DNA of 64,000 nucleotides from Candidatus Heimdallarchaeota archaeon (GCA_019056785.1 DXJV01000059.1:62297-126296); one strand, 5' to 3'; shown: positions 38,474-48,687, numbered from the stretch's first letter. The notes: generated by a model not told the origin, from the letters alone. Numbers and translations: made by a program.

Positions 38474-41400
38474 TTAGCCTGTTTCAAAAATATTTTGACT
38501 TATGTCTTCTTTTTCTTGTACAAAAATAGTCCCTTTTTCTACTACTTTAATTTCTGAGAGATCAATACCTGTCACATTCATCTGGGTGAGGTATTTGCCA
38601 TATTCTTGAAGGGAAGTGACCTTTTTACCGACGATAAGTGATTTTAAGATATTGTGCGTACAAAGTGAGTCTTTAAAGTTCACACCAATCGCCCCCATGA
38701 CTGATTTTGAAATATCATCCATAACTTCCTTTTCGACAGTTGCATTTGTAAAAAGCATGGCAATTTCCCTCGAGAGTTTTTCACTGATGAGAAGTACCGG
38801 CTTATCAGAGAGTGAGATACCAAGGCTCATGCCGAGATGTCTTCCGGATAATCCTCTTACGCGAAGGCAAGCTAAGGGATAAACTTCGCTTGGATGGAAG
38901 AGTCGACTAGCATTTCGGAGAATAACTTTTGATTTTGTTTGTTTCTCGATCGCTCCCCCCGAAGCGAACATCCTGAAGGAATTTAAAATTTCATGTGGTA
39001 AGATGGGGAAGTAACGCTGCAAAGAATAATTGATTAAAGTCTTCGGTTTTAAAGCCTCGCCTTCTGGAATGCGCAATTGTTTTGCAATGAGGTATTTTAG
39101 CAACCAAACTCTTTCTTTAGGATTTTCTTCTGTAATCTCTAATCTTTGAACAAAATAGTCGACCAATGACAGGTCAGGCACGCCGGTATTTATAAGGAGC
39201 AATTTTCCAAGTAAGGGGTGAAAGACAATGGCAATTATTTTTCCGATTTTTTGTCCTTGGCTGTAATAACAATCTTTGCCGATAGGCGTATGTTCTTCAG
39301 TAACCAGTTTTCCATCCCAGGGAGCGGTTCGATAAGGTTTCAAAGGAAGAATGGCATTTTGTTGGCAAACAATCATTCCTTGTTTTATGCGGATTTTGTC
39401 AACAGGTAAAATGCCAATTTGCTCCCGGTTGGGGGTGGCAATTTCATTTGGATAGTTAATATTTCTAAAGTTGGCAAATTCTTGTAATCGTGTTGTATGG
39501 AGTGCCACATCACGAGTCACACGGAGGGCTTCTACAACTTCATTTATAACGTACTCCTTCCGTTTTTCAGCAGATTCGAGGTAATCTTCAGTGATCCAGA
39601 GGGGTTTTATCTGATCAAAAATCCTATCAATAATAGCTTGGTTTGCAGAGGATTCAGAAACAAGCATAAAGCCTAAGTGATTTTTATCGAAAATAACTAC
39701 CTCTTGAATGTAGCCTTCAAAATTTCTTTTTGCGTTATCTTGAAGTGTGAAAACAGCTTTCCCTGCAAGCTTCCATGCTTCTGATGACGCCTCAACAAGC
39801 TTTTTCGTAATCATAGATGTTCGTTGTGGCTTTATAAGGTCCACCGAGGTTTGTACTTGTGCTTCTTCTGCTGGTGGGGGCGGAGGCGGTAGGGGTTCTG
39901 GTTTTACTTTATCTTTAACAATTATCTCTTCAGTTAGCTCATCAATAGGTCGTTCTATGGCTTTATGTGCAACTTCAATTGCGGGTGCTTTTTCAGGTGG
40001 CGGTGGTGGTAGTGTTTCTGTTTTGGCAAAGTCTGTTGGCATATCTGGCGGTGGGGGTGGCAATCCTTCTTCTTCGGGCGCTGCACTTTTTTCCGTCGGT
40101 GGGGGAGGAGGTGGAAGGGTTTGTGGTGGTGGCGGTGGGGGGAGAGACTCATTTGCTGAAGAACTTTCTTCCATAACAACTTCATCTGTTAGCTGCTCTA
40201 GGCTATCTGTACTAGCTGGCTGTGCTATTGAGGAGTCTTTTTGTCCCAAGCTTTTCTTAACGAGGTCGCTTTTAAGAGGGGCGAATTTTACTTTTCGTTT
40301 TACCTTTGGCTTTTGTTCTTCAGGAGCCATTTCAGCTGGTGGTGGTGGGGTTGTTGGAGTTGTGGCTGTTGTCCCTGCAGCTGCTGGAGTATCACTGCCA
40401 TTATCAAGCAGTTTTTCCAATAGACCTTCAAAAGATTGGAAAATGATTTGCTTTGTAGCATCATTAATTTTATCACTCGAAGTAGCATAGACTTCGATGG
40501 GTGAATTAAACTCTTCTAATCCACCAATAACTTCGATGTCAACATTTGGCTGAAAAACAACTTCGGGTGTTTCTGGGATTACAAATTTGTCTGTTGGTTC
40601 TTCTTCTTGTTTCTGTTCCAAAGCATCTTGCTCGGTAGTTAAAGAGGAATCTATGTCTATTAAAAACAAGCCGATGTGGTCCGAGCTTTCTTGTTCATCT
40701 ACTATTGTTTTTAAGAAGGGGTCTATCTCTTCTGAATGTTGAGTGCCAGTAGTAGTTTCTTGGGTGAGTGTTTCAATTCCAAAATCCATTGGCTCAGAAA
40801 ACTCGAGTGATTCATCGATAGAAAGAACATCATCTTCTTCCAATAGTGAAAGACATTTCGAATATTCTCTAATATCTTCTGCTAACAGGGAAATATAATC
40901 TTTAATTTCATTGATCATTTGCTGGTAATCCAACAAGGACTTAAAGTCTGGCAAACCATTTTTTTGTTTGCTGACACTAATCTCCATTTGGGAGGTTTTC
41001 ATGGTCGCCAACATTTCAGCTAAAGTGCGTCGATACTCTTCTCGGAGTTCAATCTCTTTCTTTAGATCCCTAGCAATTTCCTTCAGTTCATTTTCATTTT
41101 TAATGCCATGACCAAAAGAGAATTTTTGATAGTTTTCAAGGGCAAAGCGAAGTAAATCACCTTTTGAAGGATTGCGTTTCAGATATTTTTCCCGGGCACC
41201 ATAGCGGTTTTCTGCAAGTCGCAGATCAAATTCAAGGGTTTCAAGTTTCACACTTGCAGCTTCAACATTAACTTTCTTTTCAGCAATTAATAACTTCAAT
41301 TTGTGGATGTTATGTTTGAGTCCTTCAATGTTTTTTTCCAATTCTTTGATTTCGCGCCGGATTTTCAGGTGGCGGTAAAAATGACGGGGGATATTAAAAG

Positions 41401-41632
41401 TTGGCAACAAATCTTCTATTGTTATTTTCCCCATAAACCGTTCTACACTGAACGGGATTTCTTTATTTTGGACTGCAAGCATGAATTCTTTGTCAGTCAA
41501 TTCTTCAGTTCTTCGCAATTGTTGCTCATAGATTTGCATCTTTCGTTCAAAAGTCTCAGAATCAATTTCCTCGAGGGCATATTTTTTCTCCAATTCCATG
41601 ATTTTTCTGAGGATAACAATTCTGTCTTTCAT
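38474..41632 (-). CDS. Large coiled-coil / polyproline / PRC-barrel-repeat protein
   Basis: N-terminal heptad-rich region, acidic disordered region, five LPPPPP(P) motifs, three C-terminal repeats starting with PRC-like L.GK.V....G..IG.I patterns. Confidence 0.8.
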   Translation of the reverse strand: MKDRIVILRKIMELEKKYALEEIDSETFERKMQIYEQQLRRTEELTDKEFMLAVQNKEIPFSVERFMGKITIEDLLPTFNIPRHFYRHLKIRREIKELEKNIEGLKHNIHKLKLLIAEKKVNVEAASVKLETLEFDLRLAENRYGAREKYLKRNPSKGDLLRFALENYQKFSFGHGIKNENELKEIARDLKKEIELREEYRRTLAEMLATMKTSQMEISVSKQKNGLPDFKSLLDYQQMINEIKDYISLLAEDIREYSKCLSLLEEDDVLSIDESLEFSEPMDFGIETLTQETTTGTQHSEEIDPFLKTIVDEQESSDHIGLFLIDIDSSLTTEQDALEQKQEEEPTDKFVIPETPEVVFQPNVDIEVIGGLEEFNSPIEVYATSSDKINDATKQIIFQSFEGLLEKLLDNGSDTPAAAGTTATTPTTPPPPAEMAPEEQKPKVKRKVKFAPLKSDLVKKSLGQKDSSIAQPASTDSLEQLTDEVVMEESSSANESLPPPPPPQTLPPPPPPTEKSAAPEEEGLPPPPPDMPTDFAKTETLPPPPPEKAPAIEVAHKAIERPIDELTEEIIVKDKVKPEPLPPPPPPAEEAQVQTSVDLIKPQRTSMITKKLVEASSEAWKLAGKAVFTLQDNAKRNFEGYIQEVVIFDKNHLGFMLVSESSANQAIIDRIFDQIKPLWITEDYLESAEKRKEYVINEVVEALRVTRDVALHTTRLQEFANFRNINYPNEIATPNREQIGILPVDKIRIKQGMIVCQQNAILPLKPYRTAPWDGKLVTEEHTPIGKDCYYSQGQKIGKIIAIVFHPLLGKLLLINTGVPDLSLVDYFVQRLEITEENPKERVWLLKYLIAKQLRIPEGEALKPKTLINYSLQRYFPILPHEILNSFRMFASGGAIEKQTKSKVILRNASRLFHPSEVYPLACLRVRGLSGRHLGMSLGISLSDKPVLLISEKLSREIAMLFTNATVEKEVMDDISKSVMGAIGVNFKDSLCTHNILKSLIVGKKVTSLQEYGKYLTQMNVTGIDLSEIKVVEKGTIFVQEKEDISQNIFETG
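39870..40352 (-). repeat. Polyproline-coding low-complexity tract (LP5/LP6 x5)
   Basis: GGN-rich runs on the + strand encoding SLPPPPPP, TLPPPPPP, GLPPPPP, TLPPPPP, PLPPPPPP and TPPPP. Confidence 0.9.
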
Positions 41633-41836
41633 TTTTTATGATACCAACGGCTTTTTTTTTATTTTACATTAATATAATATCCTTTCTACTTTAAATAAGC
41701 TGACATAGAGGAATGCAGAAACTCCATTCTCAAACTAAGTTTCTTTGAACAATACATTCAGAAAATTATTAAATGGGTATAAGTTTTTTTTGTTAGCTTC
41801 ATAAGGTAAATGCCGCGCTTACAGCTGGGATAAGTA

Positions 41837-42601
41837 ATGAGTTTTGTAGATTGGTACCATAACAACCAGGATTGGATTATGCTTATATGTATGTTTGTTA
41901 CTTTGGCAACAATTCTAACAATCTTTTATTTCCTGAACAAAAAAGGAATGGATGTTTTTTACACCAGAAAGGGGGTTCATATCACTGTTGGTTCCTATAT
42001 TTTCTTTTGGCTCATGGCTTCAGATAACTGGTGGGCAAGATACGTTGCCATGATTCCTGCAGCCCTCACAGCGATTGTTTTTCTTTTTGTCGGTTTGAAG
42101 GTTATCCGTTTTAACTTTCTTGTCAGAAGTATGTCCCGAGATGGCGAGCCGACGGATCTTCTCAAAGGAACATTTATCTATGCTATTATGATGAGTCTTA
42201 TTTGCGCATTTATCTGGCGAGAGCAACCTTGGGGACTAATCGTTATCATGTCTGTTGCTTTTGGGGATGGTATTGCTCCAATAGCCGGGCGGCATCTTGG
42301 AAAGCACAAATACCGGTTAATCAGTGGTGGAGAAAAAAGCCTGGAAGGGAGTCTATTCATGTTTCTCTGTTCTGTTGCAATGAGTTTTCTTATCACCTAT
42401 ATTTTCGGAGTTGTGTTGACAGGGCAAAATTGGCTCTGGGGATACGCAGATTGGCCCTGGCTCTGGGGAAAAATCTTGATTCTTTGCCTAATAGGAACAA
42501 TAGCTGAAGGACTAAGCCCAAGAGATTTTGATAATCTAATAGTACCAGGGGTAATGATTCTGATCTCACTTGCCTTTGGGCTGAAATTTTCTGTCACTTA
42601 A
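41837..42601 (+). CDS. Phytol/dolichol/polyprenol kinase family membrane protein (VTE5-like)
   Basis: TRKGVHI, RSMSR.G.P.DLLKG, AFGDGIAPIAG, KSLEGS, AEGLSP..FDNL. Confidence 0.87.
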   Translation: MSFVDWYHNNQDWIMLICMFVTLATILTIFYFLNKKGMDVFYTRKGVHITVGSYIFFWLMASDNWWARYVAMIPAALTAIVFLFVGLKVIRFNFLVRSMSRDGEPTDLLKGTFIYAIMMSLICAFIWREQPWGLIVIMSVAFGDGIAPIAGRHLGKHKYRLISGGEKSLEGSLFMFLCSVAMSFLITYIFGVVLTGQNWLWGYADWPWLWGKILILCLIGTIAEGLSPRDFDNLIVPGVMILISLAFGLKFSVT

Positions 42602-42636
42602 GAACAAAAAAAAGAAAAAAAAGCGAAGGAAAAACT

Positions 42637-43119
42637 CTAAAGATTTTCAAGGAGATAGAGAAGCTCTTCTTCTAAAGTTTGCTTGTGTTCGGGGTTCTCG
42701 ATCATCTGAGCAACAAGTTTGCCACTGGAGTCTAAAATATAGAAGGTTGGTATTTTTCGCAAATCAAATTCATTGACTTCAAGAGGAGAAGGTGGTACAC
42801 GCCATCGGACATCAAGATCAAGGGGCGCTGATTTTAGCCCTTTGAAGAAAATTGCATCGATTTCTGGTTCAAGTTCTAACATTTTTGCAAAAGCTGAGAC
42901 ATTAGTCTTGCAATCTTTACACCAATCCGCTGAGAAGACAACAAAAGTATATCCTTTCGCCTTTTCAGCAAATTTCTTGAGAACATCAACTTTTGGTTGA
43001 TAGTTTTTTATGTTCTCTTTGATGATTTCACCATCTTTCCCGGAGAGTTTTTCGACCATTTTTTGAATTGTAAGGCCATTTTTTCGAAGTTGTGCTAAAT
43101 CATGTGTTTGCTGAATCAT
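42637..43119 (-). CDS. Thioredoxin-like protein
   Basis: FSADWCKDC active site; IPTFYI cis-Pro motif; ENP. Confidence 0.85.
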   Translation of the reverse strand: MIQQTHDLAQLRKNGLTIQKMVEKLSGKDGEIIKENIKNYQPKVDVLKKFAEKAKGYTFVVFSADWCKDCKTNVSAFAKMLELEPEIDAIFFKGLKSAPLDLDVRWRVPPSPLEVNEFDLRKIPTFYILDSSGKLVAQMIENPEHKQTLEEELLYLLENL

Positions 43120-43275
43120 TAGTATTACCTTTTTAAATTAGTAAAAAAAGTTCTTTTCTTTTAATATATCTTCTCTTTTATTTTCTAAAAAAGAAACCCC
43201 AGGTTGCTATAGAAAAAGGAAAGACGATTTTTTCCGCAAAGCAACGGAAAAATTTTAAGGAGAGAAAAAAGAGAC

Positions 43276-44277
43276 TTGACAAGAATCGTGAGAGGAACAA
43301 ACTTGTCAGATTATTCCTATACCCCTGTAGAGTTAGACTTGTTTCTAAAGCAAGTCATAAAATCAAAATTGGCGATTAATATCTATAAAGAATTATTAGC
43401 AAGTGGTGGAGAAACAGCTTTTGGTATTTCGGATGCTCTTAAAGCAAAAGGATTGCGCGCTTGCAAAACAAGAGTCTACGAAGAAATTGCTTATCTCCAG
43501 AAATTGGGCTTTATCAAACGTCTGTCCCATCGACCACCAATTTATACAACCATTCATACGCCCGAAAATCTCGAGAAAATCGCAAAGCGTTTCTTTATTA
43601 AATCTAGAGAAGAATTAATGGAAAAATGGGCCGCAGTGTACCCGTTTTTACCACGAGAGCAAAAACAAAAAAATCAAGAAGAAATGGAAGATGACCAGAG
43701 TGTTTCTTTGTTCAAATTTAACCCTTTCCCTATTGTGGATATCTTTTACGACTCCCACTCAGGGTTAAAACGACTATTTTATAAAGTATACGAGTCCTCG
43801 GAGATTCTTATTTGCAATTTTCTTGTGGATACGTGTATGAATGGTGCCTTGTTCATCAAGACAATAAGTGAAGATCTTCCAGCCTTTCTTAACCATTTAG
43901 AAAACACTACCAGTCGCTATGGGAAAAAAATCCAAATGAAAACATTAACCAATACTTTTTCAGAAGAGTTAAAGACTATCTGGAAATTTAAGGTGCTTCC
44001 ACCAATCCACAAAAAGATTCTGAGTTATATTGACTACGAGCTTCGGGTATTGGAAGTACCAATTATGAGTTTTATACTGGGAGAAGACACTATCTTCTAC
44101 CCAATAGGTCCGGGGGGAATTATCAACAAAACCTCAATATTACTTGAAATGAAAGATGAGGAGCTTATTGATAACGCACAGTTTACTTTCGAAACAGCTT
44201 GGCAAAAGTCCCAAACAGTCATTAAAATAATCGATGGAAAAATAATAAAAGAACGCGATTTGAATTTTGATAGTTAA
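43276..44277 (+). CDS. TrmB-like HTH transcriptional regulator
   Basis: IYKELL..G.ETA..IS...KTRVYE.I..LQKLGFI.....RPPIY winged HTH; C-terminal F...W ending typical of TrmB effector domains. Confidence 0.72.
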   Translation: MTRIVRGTNLSDYSYTPVELDLFLKQVIKSKLAINIYKELLASGGETAFGISDALKAKGLRACKTRVYEEIAYLQKLGFIKRLSHRPPIYTTIHTPENLEKIAKRFFIKSREELMEKWAAVYPFLPREQKQKNQEEMEDDQSVSLFKFNPFPIVDIFYDSHSGLKRLFYKVYESSEILICNFLVDTCMNGALFIKTISEDLPAFLNHLENTTSRYGKKIQMKTLTNTFSEELKTIWKFKVLPPIHKKILSYIDYELRVLEVPIMSFILGEDTIFYPIGPGGIINKTSILLEMKDEELIDNAQFTFETAWQKSQTVIKIIDGKIIKERDLNFDS

Positions 44278-44421
44278 AAGCCGAGCTCCAACAAGGAAAA
44301 GAAAACAATCTGCGTCAAAAGGCATTTCTTACGAAAGCAATTCCAAAAAGATTAAATATAAATATTGACTTGTAGTTTTATGTTAAATCTTTAGCATAAA
44401 AAATGTAAACAGCTTATAAAA

Positions 44422-44616
44422 ATGGCTGGTGAAACAGACAAAATAGTCATGATCCTAGTAACCTTCTTCTTAGGTATTCCAGGTATTCATAGATTTTTGA
44501 AGAAATATTGGCTTTCCGCTATAGTCTATTTATGTACTGGCGGGCTATTTGGCATAGGTTGGATTATCGATCTAATTTTCATAATCTTAGACAAACCCTT
44601 GTTCTGGCAAAGTTAA
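44422..44616 (+). CDS. TM2 (NINE) domain protein
   Basis: FFLGIPGIHRF...YLCTGGLFGIGWIIDL. Confidence 0.9.
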   Translation: MAGETDKIVMILVTFFLGIPGIHRFLKKYWLSAIVYLCTGGLFGIGWIIDLIFIILDKPLFWQS

Positions 44617-45021
44617 CCAAATTTCCCAATATTCCTTTTTTTATTTTTTTTTCTAATAATAAAAGTTATTAACAAATAATGAAATGATATATTAAATGCG
44701 TAGAACGGAGGATCTTATGTGACTAATTGGAGGCGATGTTGGGTCATCGCTCAAAACCAAACAAACTTTTCGGTGTAGCATTAGTGGTCAAACTAGATTT
44801 TGCCTTTGTTACTTTTCTTTTAATGTTGGGTACTTTTCAAATTCTTTTCACTCAAACTTTCAAGAGCTTTTTCTTGAAACCCGCAAAAAAGCTTTTAATT
44901 ACAATTGTTTGACGAAACTACGGAAGAGTATTTCCTTTGCACGCTCTTTTAGAGAGCAAAACAACTTGCCCTTTAGAAACTCTAATATCAATCCTCCTTC
45001 AAATAGAACGGAGCCATAAAA

Positions 45022-47520
45022 ATGAATAGTTCAAAGCCAAATGAAAAGTCAAAACTGCAATCTAAATTGGAGAAACATTACAATATTCATGAAACAGAAC
45101 AAAGAATGCAAAAACTTTGGGCATCAGAAGAACATTACAAAGAAGTATACAGCTTCAAATTTGATGATACAGAACGCCCACTTTTTGCTATTGATACTCC
45201 CCCACCATTTACAAGCGGTATTTTACACATGGGGCATGCCTATTGGTGTTCTATTTCCGACTTAATTGGCAGGTATAAGCGAATGCGTGGATACAATGTT
45301 CTCCTCCCGCAAGGATGGGACACACAAGGGCTACCAACAGAATTGAAAGTGCAATACAAATGGAACATCTCCCGAGATAACCGGCAACTTTTCAAGAAGA
45401 AATGCCGGGAATGGACTGAACTGATGATTAAGGATATGAAAGATGTTATCTATCAAATCGGCTATCGGCCTGATTGGGAAGCCTTTGAGTATCGCACTAT
45501 GGACCTTGAATATCAAACGATTGTTCAGAAATCTTTGATTAAAATGTTCAAGGATGGAGATGTTTATGTTGATAGTTTTCCAAATATGTGGTGTACTTAT
45601 TGTGGGACCAGCATTGCCCAGGCTGAAACAGGCTATCTTGAGAAAAAGGGCTTTATGAATTGGGTAAAATTCCCCATTGTAGGAGAAAAAGATGAGTTCA
45701 TAGAGATCGCAACCACTCGACCGGAGCTCCTCCCAGCTTGCCAAGCTATCCTGGTTCATCCAAAAGATAAACGTTTTAGGAAATACCACGGGAAAGAAGC
45801 TATCATCCCGATTGTCAATCGAAAGATTCCAATCATTACTGACGATGAGGTTGATATGGAATTTGGAACTGGGGCAGTCATGAATTGTACGTTTGGTGAT
45901 GAACAAGACATTAAATGGCAACAAAGACATAAATTACCAATCAAGCAAATTATCTCACCTGATGGAAAAATTGTGAACACAGGCCTCCGGTATGATGGCA
46001 TGCTTATAAAGGATGCTCAACGCGAAATTGCAATCGATTTGAACAAAGAAGGGTTTATGCTTAAGCAAGAACGAATAAAACATCGTGTTCTCTGCCATAC
46101 AGAACGAGGTGACTGTGAAACTCCTATGGAATTCTTAACTACTAAGCAGTTCATGGTCAAAATTAAAGATTATGCTCCCAAATTACTTGAGGCTGCAAAA
46201 CGCATGAAGTGGTATCCAAGTTTTTATTTGCGAAGGGCAACAGATTGGATCAGTGCTTTAGAATGGGATTGGATCATTTCGCGCCAACGAGTTTTTGGCA
46301 CGCCAATACCCTTTTGGACATGCGCAGATTGTAATGCAGTTATTCCCCCTTCTGAAGAGACAAAGTTACCAATTGATACATCAATAACCCCCCCACCAGT
46401 GGAGAAATGCCCAAAATGTGGTTCAACAAACATCCATGGAACAACAGATGTTTGTGATTGTTGGGTAGACTCGAGTCTCACAGCATTAATAATTTCACGT
46501 TGGTATACCGACCCTGAATTTGCTAAAAAATGGATCACAAAGGATTCGAAAAACATCATTCGATTACAAGGGCATGATATCATTCGAACATGGTATACTT
46601 ATACAACGTTCCGAACAATGAGATTAACAGATGGCTTGTTGCCTTTTGGTAATGTTTTAATAAATGGCCACGTTCTCGGACCGGATTCCCTTAAAATGTC
46701 CAAATCACGTGGAAATGTTGTTGATCCTCGTGATGGCATAGAAAAATATGGGGCAGATGCGATTCGTCAGACAATTTTGAGCAGGAAAGTTGGAACTGAC
46801 TTTCCATTCCTCTGGGACACAGCGCAATATGGTAAATCCTTCCTCCAGAAACTCTGGTCAGTCTCAAGATTCATTAGCATGTATATCGATGACCTCCCCA
46901 GGGATTTCAAACTGAAATACTCACCTATTGACCTGTGGCTCCTCTCAGAGCTTGAAGCCGCTCGAAAGGAAATCACGAAAACAATGGATGAGTATGAATT
47001 TCATACTAGTTTGAAAATTCTGTATGAATTCACTTGGAATAAATTGTGCGACAATTATCTCGAAAGTGTAAAACCAATTCTTCGGTCGAATGACGAAAAA
47101 CGGGCAATCACAGTCAGACTCATTCTTCGTGATACTCTCTGGACTGTCTTGCGTATGCTTGCACCATTCTGCCCCCACATCACAGAAGAGATCTACTTGA
47201 AAATGTTTAAAGAGTCCATAGGTAAATTGTCGATACATGCCACCAGCTGGCCGGAAAAAGATTCACGACGATTTAACAAAGAAAAAGTAGCGATAGGTGA
47301 GGAATTAATTAAAATAATTGCTCAGATAAGACAACAAAAAGCAGCGCAACGAATTGCTCTAAATCAACCTTTGAATAAAGTAACAATTACTTTACCAAAA
47401 GAGATGATCGCTAAGTTAACACCTTATAAAGACTTGATAGCCCAACCATTACATATTAACTTAATTGTTTTTCAAGAAGGAGAAGAGTTAGTTGTTAAAC
47501 TAATGACTGCTAACAAATAA
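45022..47520 (+). CDS. valS: Valyl-tRNA synthetase (archaeal type)
   Basis: DTPPPFTSG.LHMGH, GWDTQGLPTE, ATTRPE, WIISRQRVFG, QGHDIIRTW, KMSKSRGN. Confidence 0.97.
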   Translation: MNSSKPNEKSKLQSKLEKHYNIHETEQRMQKLWASEEHYKEVYSFKFDDTERPLFAIDTPPPFTSGILHMGHAYWCSISDLIGRYKRMRGYNVLLPQGWDTQGLPTELKVQYKWNISRDNRQLFKKKCREWTELMIKDMKDVIYQIGYRPDWEAFEYRTMDLEYQTIVQKSLIKMFKDGDVYVDSFPNMWCTYCGTSIAQAETGYLEKKGFMNWVKFPIVGEKDEFIEIATTRPELLPACQAILVHPKDKRFRKYHGKEAIIPIVNRKIPIITDDEVDMEFGTGAVMNCTFGDEQDIKWQQRHKLPIKQIISPDGKIVNTGLRYDGMLIKDAQREIAIDLNKEGFMLKQERIKHRVLCHTERGDCETPMEFLTTKQFMVKIKDYAPKLLEAAKRMKWYPSFYLRRATDWISALEWDWIISRQRVFGTPIPFWTCADCNAVIPPSEETKLPIDTSITPPPVEKCPKCGSTNIHGTTDVCDCWVDSSLTALIISRWYTDPEFAKKWITKDSKNIIRLQGHDIIRTWYTYTTFRTMRLTDGLLPFGNVLINGHVLGPDSLKMSKSRGNVVDPRDGIEKYGADAIRQTILSRKVGTDFPFLWDTAQYGKSFLQKLWSVSRFISMYIDDLPRDFKLKYSPIDLWLLSELEAARKEITKTMDEYEFHTSLKILYEFTWNKLCDNYLESVKPILRSNDEKRAITVRLILRDTLWTVLRMLAPFCPHITEEIYLKMFKESIGKLSIHATSWPEKDSRRFNKEKVAIGEELIKIIAQIRQQKAAQRIALNQPLNKVTITLPKEMIAKLTPYKDLIAQPLHINLIVFQEGEELVVKLMTANK

Positions 47521-47784
47521 AACCCCTTACTTTTTTCCCTTTTTTTATATAAACCTCCTTACCGTTTCTTAATAAACTAGACTATTATCTAAAGTACTTT
47601 TTATTAGTTCCATATGTGTTATAGAAATTGGAGTTGAAGATTTACAGTGTCTTTTCATTTTTTAAAACAACAAATTACTTTTCTTAAACAAACCTTTTTG
47701 TAACATCTTATCGAAACCCTTTTGAAGCCATATTAAATTTTTAAGGCGAATTAATCAGCGAAAAGTTAAGGTTTTCAAGTTAAA

Positions 47785-48687
47785 ATGGCAACAACAATTT
47801 GGTTTCAAGAACTCTTCGGACAATGGGGGTGCTTAATTGCATTAGCACTTGCATTGATAATAAATCTCCCTATTTTTATTTGGGCGCGTTTAAAACATCA
47901 CCTGACTTTATGGGGGAGCATTGTTGCCGGCTTTTTTGGGATTAGTTATTGGCTAATCAATCCGGTGTTCTATCTCGGGTTGTTTACCTTTTTCATCTCA
48001 AGTAGTTTTTTAACGAGATATCACAAAAGTGTAAAAGAACCCTTCTTGGATAAATTTGAGAAAGGTGGGGAACGGGATGCCTCTCAGGTTTTAGCGAATG
48101 GATTAGCAGGTTTTCTTTTTATTGTGGGTTATTTGTTGACCATACTTTTTTCTAACAATTTTCTGATTTCAAATGCTTTTATATATGGATTTATAGCTGC
48201 AATTGGAACTGTTAATGCTGATACTTGGGCTACAGAAATTGGCATAGTTTCAAAGGATCAGCCTTATTGGATTTTAAATCTTAAAAAGAAGGTAGAACGG
48301 GGGACCTCCGGAGGTGTTTCAGCTAAAGGAACAGCTGCTGCCTTTCTCGGTTCACTAGTGATTGGTTCTCTGATTCTTCTTGTTGAAAGTTTTTGGCATA
48401 ATCCCATTCACTCTGAGAGCTCCTGGCAACTCCTTCTTTTCATCGCTGTTGCAATAGTTTGCGGTTTTTTAGGGTCAATTATTGATAGTTTCTTTGGTGC
48501 TACTATTCAAGGGTTCTTTGAGTGCACGGTATGTCAAAAAGGAACCGAGAAGAAAACCCATTGCTCACAACCGACAAAGTTAATTCGAGGGTCGAAAAAT
48601 TTCAGAAATGACCACGTGAATTTCTGGTCGTCTTTCATTGCTGGTTTATTAGCATTTGGTTTTGGTTGCTTTGCATACCTTTTATAG
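47785..48687 (+). CDS. DUF92 (TMEM19/VTE6-like) membrane protein
   Basis: EKGGERDASQVLANG, ADTWATEIG, GTSGGVS..G, GSIIDS.FGATIQ, NDHVNF. Confidence 0.9.
   Translation: MATTIWFQELFGQWGCLIALALALIINLPIFIWARLKHHLTLWGSIVAGFFGISYWLINPVFYLGLFTFFISSSFLTRYHKSVKEPFLDKFEKGGERDASQVLANGLAGFLFIVGYLLTILFSNNFLISNAFIYGFIAAIGTVNADTWATEIGIVSKDQPYWILNLKKKVERGTSGGVSAKGTAAAFLGSLVIGSLILLVESFWHNPIHSESSWQLLLFIAVAIVCGFLGSIIDSFFGATIQGFFECTVCQKGTEKKTHCSQPTKLIRGSKNFRNDHVNFWSSFIAGLLAFGFGCFAYLL

Noticed and set aside
40280-40310. KVKF (RVxF-like phosphatase-docking) motif, and a search for WH2/FH2 domains in the polyproline protein
   Set aside because: A four-residue match is expected by chance. I could not recognise a WH2 (LKKT-type) or FH2 signature, so I do not call the protein a formin or WASP.
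39747-40490. 247-aa Gly-rich ORF on the + strand
   Set aside because: It is the antisense shadow of the polyproline tract (CCN codons read as GGN); no independent coding evidence.
44617-45021. Long valS leader as a T-box riboswitch or ncRNA; 61-aa ORF 44727-44912; TAGAACGGAG repeated at 44701 and 45004
   Set aside because: No T-box consensus, only short weak hairpins. The ORF has no recognisable features and one 10-bp repeat is not enough support.
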